A stretch of 64,000 bases of DNA from Klebsormidium nitens (taxonomy: Eukaryota; Plantae; Klebsormidiophyceae): the NCBI GenBank assembly GCA_000708835.1, contig DF236989.1, forward strand, positions 186,001-250,000, written 5' to 3'. Position numbers and translations under genes: made by a program. Positions 35,301 through 47,139 of this stretch are shown here, one piece after another (position 1 is the stretch's first letter; each line of letters begins with the position of its first letter). The notes under the pieces were generated by a model. The model was not told the origin of the DNA. It did no database searches and worked only from the letters and a program-made list of their open reading frames with translations.

Positions 35301-38300
35301 GGCGACGGAATCCTTCCCATTCCCGTAGAAGCCCTCCGGCGGTGCGGACCGGCGCGAGGGGAGTTGTCTTCCAATTGTTGCGGCTGCAGGAGCTCTGGAG
35401 GCGCGGTCTGCGCGCGGTTCGGCTTGGCGGAGGAATGCGCCCCCACTTTGTCGGGGCCCGACAGCGGGCCCCGTTTCAGAGAGAGGAGCTCCACCCCCCG
35501 CAACAAGAGCCTGGGGTTTCGGAAGCCTGCCGGGACCAGGATTCCCCGTTTCGGGGGGGTCGTTTCCGAATGCGGCCCCCGCTCAACCAGGGACATGGCT
35601 GGGGAGAAGCTCGGCGCTGCTCGGCGGCCGGGCTGCCGACTGCGGAGTTCGACGGGAGCTGCTAGCCCGTGCCGCGCGTTTCGGGCGTTGCTTCGCTCGA
35701 GAGTCGGGGACGGCGTTGTCGCCTCGGGGCCAGGTGCCGCGGAATCCGGGGCGGAACCCCTGCTCCCGGGCGGAACCGGACCGGCTTCCCTGGCCCGGAC
35801 CAGGATCGCCAATCTCTGCTCGAGGGAAATGGGATGAAATTCCGATTGCTCCGCGGGCGGCGGCATAAATGCCGCCGCGGCATTTAGGAGCTCGTTGCCC
35901 TCGTCGCGTTGCGGATGAAAGTTTCCGTGTGCGGGAAGGGTCTGCTCATCGACATAGGTGGCAAAGTCCAATGCTCCGGACGCCAACAGTTGCGGCACCA
36001 GCCACCTGAACTCTCTCTCTTGCAAAAGCTGGCGCTCCTCCCCCCGGACCGGATCCCCAAACTGGACTTCGCAAACGCCATCCAACGAATTGAGGATTTC
36101 GTCTAGCGTAGGCAGTTGCCCCTGGTCCCAAATAGGCAGGACAGAAAGGCTGTCCAACCCCGGATCGTCATCTTCCGCTTGTAGCTGCGCCTCAGAAGGA
36201 CCCTGCCTTCCGTTACCCCCCTCCACATCCATGGGAACCATTTGGCCCCTGGGCGCATCCAAATAGGACGCTTTTTCTGCTCCCGGGGGGCCGAAAGGCC
36301 CCGTCGCGTGCCCCCCGGGACCGCCGACTACCGGTTCGTCATATTCGCGTGAGCTGACTTCCGTTCCGGGGGACTTCTTGCCCGCGCTGACTGTCTCAGT
36401 CAAGCCCGAGCCCTGCGCCGGGGGCTCTCCGCTCGCTTGGGGGAGTGTCCAGGTCTCTCTCTGCCCACTGCGCCCTACGTCGGTAGGGAGAAGTAACAGT
36501 CCCATGGGGGGCTCCTTCCGTGCACGCTTCTTGCGTGCCTTCTTACTAGCCGCCGCGAGCAACTCAACCCTGTCTCCGCTGCCTTGCTCCGCTTTGAGGT
36601 CATCGTTTCCGCGCAGGGCATCCAGCTCGGCGGCAGCGCCTGAGCCCGGTCCCCCCCCCCCATCTGTACCCCTGTTCCCGCCCCCCCGCTGCGCAGCCTC
36701 CGCCTCCAACGCGTCGAAGTAGCACTTGAGGCCGGCCCAGTTTCCGACGCTGTCCCCCAGAGGGCGGTAGCTCTTCTCGAGAAGCATGGCGCGGAGCTTG
36801 CGAACGTCCGCAAGGTCCCACGTCCGGACGTGGTCGAAGATGGCGTCCATGACGGGGAACAGCTCCTCCAGCCGCATGTTTTGGACGCGCTCGGCGTACA
36901 CCTTGGCGAAGTTGGGGAAGCGGGGGAACCAGGGCGGCACCTGCGGGAGAGGCGGACCGCAGACGATCAAAGTGGCTGGGAAAGAGGACACTCGTCTATT
37001 TCTTGAGACGTCAAAAAATGGAGGCTTCAGATTTGTTGTTCCCAAGCGGTTCTGCAAAGTTGACCTCCAAACCCAATCCGGTACCCTGTCCTCACGCTGT
37101 TGAACCCCTTGAGGCTAGAGATTGCAGACTGGGATTGTTATGTGAAGATCGGACGGCTGCGACGTAATTTCGGCCATCTTGAGCTTCTGCGGTGCGCCTG
37201 CGGAAACACCCGTCAAATGATTAGCAGGCTGAGTCAGTCAGGTCGAAAGCAAGTGTTTCACGCCGGCCTGTGCTTACCTGCTTTTGAGGCGGAAACCTAT
37301 CCAGACTCTACAGGCTGACGCCGAGTGCTCTTTGCCACTATTCTGCAGGAATGTTCAGGTGCCAATGCTAGGTAGGTGAAAGCCTTCCCTACAGGACCCC
37401 AGGAAAGGGGCAAGCTGGTGACAGAAATCGATATTTGCAAGAAGCATCATCTGCAAGCTGTTTTGCATAGTGCTTCATCTGAAGAAGCAGATGAACAAGT
37501 AACCATCGCCTAACAGATTGGCACCTCAAGGTTCAGAAAGAGACTGGAAACGAGGAGTAGCACCTGAGATCATTTAGAGGTCTGGGGAGCCTTTACAGAT
37601 CTTAAAGGGTTTTGAGTACAGACGGAAACAAGAGTCCCCCGTAACCAGAAGCTCCACGCTACTGTTTCGTCATTGCAAGTGACCACGCTTGCTCTAGCAA
37701 AACGGCAACCAGAATTAGAGGCATCACCGGCGTGAAGCTAGTCACTCAAAGAGCGCCGGAACCTTCGGGCATACTCTTTCGGAATGGACTTCGACCCCGA
37801 CTTCAAAGCAATAACTTGACACTCTGGAAAAATTTCTCAAGTATGAAGTACAGGCATTCTGGCTGCGAGATTGCTCGTCCCATTAGAGGACACGAAGAGG
37901 AGCTGCTCACTGTGCTGGGGTCGTCTTTGGCCTTTGTCCTGGGGAAGTTGTGATCGTTGATATCGTTCAGCCCCTTGATAAGAGCCGCTACAATCGGATG
38001 CAGCTCAACATGCTTGGTGTTTACCAGGTCCTTGAGACACTCTGCTTTCCGGAGGCCTCCAGGTGAGTCGTTGACCACTTCGAAGCACCTGCACAGGGAC
38101 GGTAAGAAGCACATTTTTTATTCCATACAGCAGAATGCTGCAGACGCTGAATAGGCCCCACTCTTCAAAAAGAGATGACTTGGACATCAACAATCTTTTG
38201 TTGCACCTCAATGTAGTCATAATGTGCAGAGCTTTCAAAAGAGCTTCTGAGTCGGAGTTGCAGCCCTGAGCAGGAGAAGACCATCAAGTGCTAGACAAGG

Positions 38301-39074
38301 ACAGTGGTTAAGCTGTTAATGTACACGGCTGATGTGAGTGCAGATCATGTCAATTGAAGCTGCAGCCTTAAACGACAAGTTCAATTCCTGCGCAATCCCA
38401 TGAACCATGGCAAGACCATTGTCAATCCACAATCACCAACTTCAGTGTAAGATCAGCTGGCAAGCATCTCAGAGTGCTTGTGAATCTTTACAAGCTTTTT
38501 CAACTTAACAAAAGCTCAGACCGGGTGGGGCTCTCTTTCTAAAGATGCTCAAAATGTGTATGCAGATTGCCGTCATACTCACACTCCTGCTGCTGCCTTC
38601 ACGACTTCCTTCAACGTCCAATGGAAGTCCTTGAGCGAGGGCGAGCATGCGCCATTCGTTCCCCCTTCCTCGTCCACAAGCATCCAGACATGTGCCTTGG
38701 CCCCTGTCAACTCAGCCAGAGTCTGGAGATCTCTGGACACTCTCGCTTTCAGCTCCTCAACATCCATCCTATTTGATTGTGCTTTTATCTACACAAGGCT
38801 TTGCACATCTTAGTCTGCCCTTTGGGACCACCAGTGCCCCTTCTACAGCTGGTTCATCTGACTGAGCTCTTTCATTGGTCTGCGGAGTGTGCCTGCCAGC
38901 AGCACATGGAAGTGTTTGTCAGGTCCTGCAATGGAGAGGATGGAGCTCACCATCTTCTCAAGGCGCTAAGCTTACACCAAGTACTGAAGCGCGGCAAGTG
39001 TTTATGCATAGAGGTGTCACTAAGACTTCTTGGAGTGCTGCAACTATCCTGTTATATCCAACTTCGAAGGTCAT
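32343..39074 (-). CDS. Divergent EIN3/EIL-like DNA-binding protein with a long disordered C-terminus (about 1200 aa model)
   Basis: Phase-consistent exons 39074-38976 (tentative), 38788-38583, 38088-37911, 36940-34249, 33592-33449, 32635-32343. Motifs MDVEELKARVSRD, AKAHVWMLVDEEGG..GACSPSLK, LxxLxxT...LxxxxALI, FPxxK...PPWFP and HxxxWDLADVRKL resemble recalled EIN3 motifs in collinear order. The gene itself is well supported; the family call is moderate. Confidence 0.6.
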
Positions 39075-41957
39075 CCTGACGGCCACTCTTCGAGTTTTCA
39101 AGTATGTCAGAATTTTTTGAAGGTCCATGCTATAACGGGAGAAGTTACAATTTCAGGAATGCAGATACAATCTCAATCTATCTTCAACAAGAATTGAGGA
39201 TCAACACCATGTGCAATAGCCAATTGGAAGACCGACGGGGTCGGAGGTGAGATGTTGAAGGGGACAACACGAGCTTGACATGACCTTGAGATGACCTTGG
39301 TATATTTATTGGAGAGAGAGAAAGCACATTATTTGGATACAGGCCTTACATGAGATTGGTCTTCTCACCTGATGAATTTCTCAGCACATCAGAAAGGTAA
39401 GTAGGTTGGCATTTATAAGTGACATTCAGGTCCTTGAAACTGAAGCAGCAACCAAGTCTTTCACCCCTATCTCCAACGTGTGTGCGAAATGGCCCTCTCT
39501 AATCAGTCACCTTCACTGACTCGTCTTAGAGCAGATGCTGCTTGTCCTGGAAGGATGCTTTACAGCTCAAGTCAGTGCATTGCTTATCCAGGCAGAAGTT
39601 CCTTTTGGCCCAGGATACGCCTCCCCAGAACCATGACAAAGTAGATGTCGCTGGAGACGTGTTTGGTCCAGGGGGCAGCTCTAGCAAGGTAGGGCTTCCA
39701 CCACCTGATCGAAGGCAAGAGCGCCGTTGCCAATGCCGTCTAGCTCAAATGCAAGAAGGTTGCTCAACCGTGTCCGCATCACTTGCTCTTATCATCTTGA
39801 GGATTGCAAGCTGTTCATGCGAGCTACTGAGAAACCAGGCAGAGAGAATTTGACCTTGCACAAGCAGTTTCTCCACCTTCCTCAGAAGAAATGCTGCGTG
39901 AGTACATTCGAGGTCCCATGATGGCAGCGTCCCGAAGATGCGTCAGGCTTGAATCATGGTCTGAAGCAAACCGCCTAAGCGATTGAATCCTGGCAAAGAG
40001 CTCTAGCTCGTTTAGCCTTAGGCACAAGTTGGTGTCAGAAAGAGAGCATTCCAATTTCCCGGTGTGATATAGGGAATGTTCCCCGTAGCTAGAAAAGCAG
40101 GGAATGCTGCCAAATGGAAGCTGCTCAAAGAGCGCGGAGCTCCAGAGGAGTGGGCATTCCCTCACGGGGTACTTCCCGCTAGCTTCTGGCCAACCGCCGT
40201 CTTGACAAGTACCCAAGGCCTGAATTCTCGAGTCGAAGCCTTTCCTTTTAAGCCGACAAACCGGGTTCACTTTTTATAGTGCATTGCGTATGTGATAGAA
40301 GCTGGAACCCCGCAGCAAGCGGCAAGCCGCCACGAGTTCCGTTTGTACGGCCCAGAATCCAGATCAAGATCCGTGATGATTGCAAACATCATTGAAGACT
40401 CCCGACCGTCCCGGCCGACCGTCGATTATACACCGGACTCGACGGTCATTGGACCACGGTCGGCGTCGCTGCGGCCGCGCGGGGCCGCGCACGCGCGGGC
40501 CCCCGCCGCGCGACCGTACGCCCATGTGGGCCGCGCCAATTATTTATGAGCTTCCAATCGATCATTCACAGAGGCTACACTCAGCAGTCCTCCTACAGTC
40601 AATCTGTTTTGATCTCGACAGTGCGCCGAAATGACGTCGAATCATCCTTGAAGGCTCGGACTCAGCTATCCGAAGCTTGTTCTTGGGCTGCCTTTGGGCT
40701 GCCCTTGATTGTGAATTGAATAATTTTCGACAATAGTACGTTCCTTCGACACAGAAGTCGTGTGTACGTTTCAACACACGCAGCACTGCAGGCCGCGGAT
40801 GGCTTTTGGAGCCTGAAATGGAGGCGCCGCCAGAGGAACTGGAGCATCTTGCTCCGATAAGACGCGATGATGGACAAAGCTCATTTGCCTGAGCCTCTGC
40901 AGTGGCCGATGGTTGGTGCAGGGACTTGTGCTGAAAGGGAACAATTCTTTGTGATTCGAAGCCGTGGCATGTGTACTAAAGGACCTGGTTCTCGGTTTCT
41001 ACGAGACTTTGCACTCCCATGCTTCGATTTGCCTCCAAATCGATTCCAACTTGGGGGCGGCACGCCCTATGTATCGGAAGAAAGGGCTGCATCACGGGCC
41101 AATCAAAGCAGGTGTGACGTGCTTGAAGCAGCCTCCACACGTCGCATAGCATGGTACTTTTGACAAACAGTCCGCAAAGCACTGAGCAGCCCTTCGACCA
41201 GGTCCTTACCGTAAATTTTCACTTCGTCTACACTAACAGTTACAACTGGTTCTCCACTTCATCTATGCTAACGCTTACGTATAATCAAAGCATGTAGGAG
41301 TAACCACCGCGTTGATCCAAAGAATGACACAATGAAAGATGACCAAAAGAGCTGTTGAGCAACCCATGATCAATCGGGCCCCTGTTTATTACATGATCGT
41401 CAGGCCGGTGAGTCCACCATATGAGATTCCTTACGAATCTGTGCCGCCGTGCTTATCTATTCCAAGTCTTCGTCAGCGTATCGTCATTCCTGGAGGGCCT
41501 GCTGGCCTTTCGGACGTCACGTGCCTGCGTCGAGCTTTCGGCGCAGACGTTTGTATCTCGCTTCCGAAGCAGGAACTCGAGTCGATCTAGTTCCTATCCA
41601 CCTCTGCGCTTCTCGATCTAGTCCTAGTCCCGTGTATGACAATGTGTCAAGCCAGCTCCTACTCTGCGCGCGCATTGTTCCTAAACATCTGTCTCCTACT
41701 GATCAGTGATTTGGAGTACAGGCGACGCTAGTGGGCGGCGATGGGCTTCGAATCCGTTGCCCCGAACCCAGGAAAGACTTTCGCCATGTCGTTGAAGTGG
41801 CTCTCGAGCAAGAGCTGCAAGTCTCGTCGCACTGCAAGCCAAGGAGAAATTGCGGTTTCTTACATTGACTTCGGAAAGCTTTTGGAAGCACGTTTGGACC
41901 ACGGTCGAAAGAACGAATCAATTAAAGACAGAGCCGATATGTCTTTGAGCTCTGTTT

Positions 41958-42025
41958 GACGAGAAGCCAAGTAGAGGGGGTGATAAGTTAAATTTGACGA
42001 GAAGCCAGGTAGAGGGGCTGATAAG
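41958..42025. repeat. Two tandem ~40-bp copies of GACGAGAAGCCA.GTAGAGGGG..TGATAAGTTAA
   Basis: Directly visible near the 3' end of the unknown minus-strand gene. Confidence 0.85.
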
Positions 42026-45000
42026 TTAAGAAGATCAACCTAGACGACGGCGTTACTTCCTTCCTCGGGAACAGATTACCACTGAGTATTCTAGATCTGT
42101 TGTGTTGATTTTTGGGTTTGAAGCAGTCCGCGCCGGTTCCTTCTGACGCACGTTCACAGTTGCTCGACGTCTTACACGAGGCGACGATCTCTTTTTTCAG
42201 CTCATATCGGTCGTAACGATCTGCTGAGAAGCAAGCTAGAGCGTTACGCGCTCGGTTCCTCACCGGCTTGCGAGTAGGCGGCCCCGTCTAGCAACAGCTC
42301 CCGGAGGAAGTACGCGAGCGCGGCGGACAAGAGCGACCGCTGCAACCGGTTCATTTTCGCGAGAGCTTCGTGGTCCACCTGCGGAAAAGAAATGGCTAGC
42401 CTTAGACAAGCAGGTCTGGAGGCTTCTTTCTGGACGTCAATGAGTCCCAATGTCTTAACCACACGGATTACAAGGGTTCCGAAGGTTGTCGAAATATTAG
42501 GCTCTGAACCGGTCTCCTCGGACTTGAAGCACTTCGAATGCAAGAGCTAGGGGTGCGGCCCGAGAAAGGAGTTGATCTCGTCGAGTCCGAATCTTGTGAG
42601 CGGCGACTGTTGGGACCGTCTCAGGGCTCTACCGCAAATTCTTGAACTCCACACGAGTTCGCCTACAAAGGGTGGGTCTATCCGTGTCCTTTGTCCATGC
42701 TTACCAGTCCTTTGATGACTTTGCGCTTTCCAAGGTCCGCCAATACATATATATCTCTTCCCTTCAGATTTCAACATCCAGAATCAGGTGTGAACAGGCC
42801 TCACCTCGAAGGGGTTGCTCTGGTCATGTCCGATGTTCATGAGCACCAACTCCTCGACGATGTCCCAGACGCGCAGGCGGCGGGACTCCCATTCCCGCGT
42901 CGACTGCAGGTCCAGCGGCAAGTCCATGTCCAGCGTGGCGTCCGCTATCCGCGGGTTCTGCGACCGGAGCTGCAACGGAGCGGGTTTCGACGTTTCAGGG
43001 AACTGACGTTTCAGATTCTTGGGGCTTTCTGAAGTTCGACGTTCCAGAGCTTCAGCGAATTTCATTGTTACAGAATGTCAAGCAGGTTCATGTCCAGCGT
43101 GGCGTCCGCTATCCGGGGGTTCTGCGACCGGAGCTGCAGCGGAACGTTGGCCGTCGGTCTCAGGCTTTGAAGGGACTTCACAATCAGATCACGGAGGCAC
43201 AAGGCTGTGCGCCCACTACTTATCAACGTGGTGAACTTCAGAATTTCAGAACAGATTTCAGAACAGATGCTTTCTAGAGAATGTTCTCATTCTGTTGACG
43301 AATGAGTTCGTAACAGATGCTTTTCAAAGATAAGTTCTCGTTCTGATCATAGACGACCTGTCGCACGTACTCAAAGCAGGCGCGTAGGGCCGGGGCATCA
43401 AAGAGACATGGCACTCACCCAAACGTACGGCCAGTTATACCGAGCATACGCCCCCACAAGAAACACGGTCTCCTCCGGTGCTACCTGCAACATCGGTATT
43501 GCTATTAGAATCACAATGCAATCGAGACGGTTTTAGCACGGGATGTCCGCTTTGAAAAGCTCTCTGGCGCGAATGAAGCGAGCTTCTGATAGAGTCTCCT
43601 TGCGGAAGTCAACTGATGGAAGTGCGTGGAGCTTTTCCTTGAACGATCATTTGGCAAAAACACGGAACTCGAGGCAAGCTCGTCACGTGCTGCGAGACTT
43701 GCCTAAGCTGCTCTCCAAAGAAGTGCTGACGTCACTCTGTAGAAACTGCCGCCCCACTTCCTCCTCAAAGACCGCTGTGCTTTTGCTGACGTCACACCTC
43801 AGAAGCGCCATTAGAAATTGAAAGTCTGACTCCGACGGGAGTACTTACATGCATGCCCGCTCAAAATCTCCTTCTAAAACTTAGCTTCACCAAAGCTTCG
43901 CGCGTGCTCTGATGCTTACCGGTTTGACAGCTTCTGCAATTGCGGGGCTCGCGGGCGGGAACGACTTCCCCGTTCGTAGGCTGCTGACCCGTTGCAACCG
44001 CTTGCTGCATCCAAAAAAGAATTCGTATTGTTCAAAGGTTCTCGGGGTCTCGCAGGTGGTCTCTCTCTGGCAAGATCTTAAATACAGGGTGTGGAGTATG
44101 ATTTCAAGAGACCTCTCCAGAAAACTCCCCTCGTTGCTGTGTTGATTGTTAGGACTCACAAATCTTCAGGTCGAGCTCAAGCTTTGAAAGCAGCGTTCCG
44201 ACTCGTTTCACGTTGGTCGAGGCAGCTCAAGGGTTGCACCTATCAGTATCTGAGTCGTTGCGACTGTTTTCCTTCGTTCTGTGCAACCATACAGTCCCCC
44301 GTGTAGGTCTCAAACTTTGGCGTAGCTCTCCCAAAGCTGGACGCAACGCTCCGCGATCGCCTACCTTGATTGCCGCAGAATAGAGAGACAATGACTTTCC
44401 TATGATTCATGATGTCAAGCCCGAGTGTATGACAAGCATCCACCACAGAATCTTGCTTTGCAATTGCTCATATGCCACGGCTTATGCCCTTCGGAAACTT
44501 GTGGCTAGGATGACTCACCTGGGCGACACCACGGCGTTTTCACAGTGCGCTACGGGCTCGCAGTCCGCATTTGGGGGCGTTCTGACCGTGATCAGCAGCT
44601 CCTCTCTACCGCGCAGGTAGACAGAGAAGTGCTTAAAGCCCTGGAAACCACACAGTGCCTGATGTAAGCTATAATGCTACTTGCAAGATTCTGGAGAGGT
44701 ATGCTAGAGATCCGCAACAGGCCCAGGATGATTCTGGTCCACTCTTTATCCTTTTAAACTTGCTGCAACAATTTAGGTCCTTTTTCTGTGCGTCTCCGGG
44801 ACTATTCACAAGGAAGAAACGTGGGAACAAAGTTCCAGTCGATTGAGCAGTCTCGGTTTCAAACTTTGTCAATTGAAACATCTCGGCAAGAAGTCCCACC
44901 CCTGTTCCTTCTGGCTGCAATCGTAGTATGCAAAAACGTTTAGATTGTCCCTCCAAAGCTGCTCGTATTTCAATTGCTGGCATTGCATGGCCGATTTCTT

Positions 45001-45447
45001 GCTTAGCCACCAGGATATTACTTATGCCTCAAGCTTCTGCTGTCTTCTATGCGCCTTGAACCGCACCAAATCGCTTATGTTCAAACACTGCGTTCATGTG
45101 TACTAACATGAGGCAAAAGCAGTCCCCTTGCTATGTGGTCCTTCTCTTCTCAAGTGCCTTGGCTTCATTTTACCGGTGCTCTCTGTAGACATGAGTCTTT
45201 CTTGATCTAAACCCCTTGAGAAGAGGCCAGGCCTCTTCTTCACGGTCTACAGCCTGGAATTCCCTTTTGTCATCCACTCACCTCCCGAGAGTCTCACACA
45301 TCCTGGGGGCTTTGATTGATTCCAACCCTCAAAACTGGTGCACTATTGTGGCTCTTTGCATGAGACAAAGAGAAACCATCCTGTGCCGTCAGTATTGCTT
45401 ACCTTGAGGCACCCAAAGCGCAGCAAGTCTTTGTACAAGTCCTCCAT
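41988..45447 (-). CDS. Conserved-looking protein of unknown function (205 or 277 aa depending on the 3' end)
   Basis: Exons 45447-45403 (MEDLYKDLLRFGCLK), 44640-44519 (GFKHFSVYLRGREELLITV), 44004-43920, 43484-43419 (FLVGAYARYNWPYVW), 42969-42805 (LRSQNPR...RVWDIVEELV...NPFE), 42378-42264. It then either stops at 42244 or continues through a 40-nt intron into 42223-41988. Confidence 0.72.
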
Positions 45448-47139
45448 AGCGACTGGTCCGACACAGGATCCCGCCCACGCGCCTTTCTAAACAGGCCCCG
45501 AATCCTCAGTCCGGAAACCCTCAAGTAGGATTACCTTCGCATAACTGCCATTCAGACGCAATGCTGAGGCTCTTGATTGCCTCTGCGCCTCACGCTGAGA
45601 GACTTTCTTGCTTTCACGGGGCTCTTGATTCTCTGCATGAAAGATGATCGAATCTGCAATGATGCCCTGATGTCAGGGTCTGCAATGCTGCTGCAAGGAT
45701 TCTGGTGGCTCAATCAGAACTACTTGTGATTACAACATTGTGTGCCAGAGTGATCAGCAGGTGTATTACCAGACTGAATAATGGCTTTGGATGCTAGCGA
45801 GGTAGATCACAGGAGTGCATTCTCGCACCGCAGAGCAGCCTGCTAATTCCCTGCCCGCTACAGATGATTGAACACACTCAACCAAGATCAAGAGCGAAAT
45901 CAAAGCTGCCGCGTTCCAATATTCACCTCCCTGTTGGCCTGCTTGGGAGGTGAGCGTTTGTATGTGTAGGTATGCTTTGTTGTGCCACAAATTCAGGCTA
46001 CCGTTGGCGCGGCTGCGCGGTCAGTTTTGTGTGGGCCGTCCGATGAAGAGGTGTCAAAGCATCGGATGGTTGAATCAATAGAGTGAAAATCAACGCGCGC
46101 GGGAAGTGGTGTCCCGCGGCAGCCTGACCGTACTTTGACATGGATGTTTCAAGTCGAGATTTGCGTCGCTAGTAGCTACAGACCATCTACAGACTCAATC
46201 GACTCCTTAATATACCTAGGTATTGCCAACTCGACTTGGTCCAGGCTGCTGCTGGGTACGAGTGATGTGCACTGGCTACACAAACAAAGTAGGTAAGCTG
46301 AATGGAGAGGGCATTTTGCAAGCTGAATGCAGACTCAGCACATTTTGCAAAGTTTAATTACCAGCACTCAGCCTAACTCTTAAGCAGAACTGCTCTGGGC
46401 CTAGGCAGTGCTGACAAATCCTCTTTGGCAGACTGGCGCCAGCAAAAAAGACTGTCTGAGCATTGTTGTGCTCCCCACGTGGCAACTCAAATACTTTTAC
46501 CTACTCAGCTTTTTGTAAGGTTAAGTGTCTCCGTTTGTCCGAAGCTCAAGTAGCTGCCGAGTTCACATCCTTGATCACCAGCTGAGCTGCATTCCCTATT
46601 CTGATAGAAAATCAGAGAGGGCTATGTATTATCGGAGCACGGTTTGTGTAGCAGCTTATGGAGTAGAGCCAAGCTTGAAGTCCAATTACGAGTATGCAGC
46701 ATGTCCTTTTTCTTGAATCCGATTTAGCCTGGCCACCAGTGCCCGGAGCTGGAGGTCCATCAAGGAACTCCGTGTAAGAGACACTCACACAGTTATGTTA
46801 ATGATCAGGGACGTGGGTCAGGTAACCTGGACGTGAACCGCTTGCGCGCACGTCTTTGAAGCACAAAACAAATCCCAAGGAAACATGCAATGAAGTGCTT
46901 CAGCATCTGATGGTAAACCGAACGAAGAGCTTCAAGCACGTTACTTCCTCGTACTAAGTCAAGCTCCATAAGTATCATCACACACGTGAGCCAGAGCACA
47001 GCTTTGTCTAGAGAACCTGAATCAGTGACAGAGCTTCACGCTAGCAACGCAAGATTGTGGTTCTTCCGATGAATGCTGAGCCGGCTACAGGAATCTATAA
47101 GCATGCTTTTTCAAGCGGGTAAAAGTTGAGCAACTAGAA

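Noticed and set aside
38583-38788. Possible MADS-box resemblance (LAELTGAKAHV)
   Set aside because: No MADS core (RQVTFSKRR-like), and the EIN3 motif series explains the region better.
40430-41700. GC island with TATTTAT at 40541 and short plus-strand ORFs (40867, 41339)
   Set aside because: No phase-consistent exon chain or recognisable protein; probably promoter or UTR sequence.
41735-41770. GGGCTTCGAATCC resembles a tRNA T-loop
   Set aside because: No cloverleaf, D-arm or acceptor stem could be built around it.
44640-44660. Alternative upstream acceptor giving ALCGFQ before GFKH
   Set aside because: The acceptor at 44641 joins MEDLYKDLLRFGCLK directly to GFKHF and gives a more motif-like sequence.
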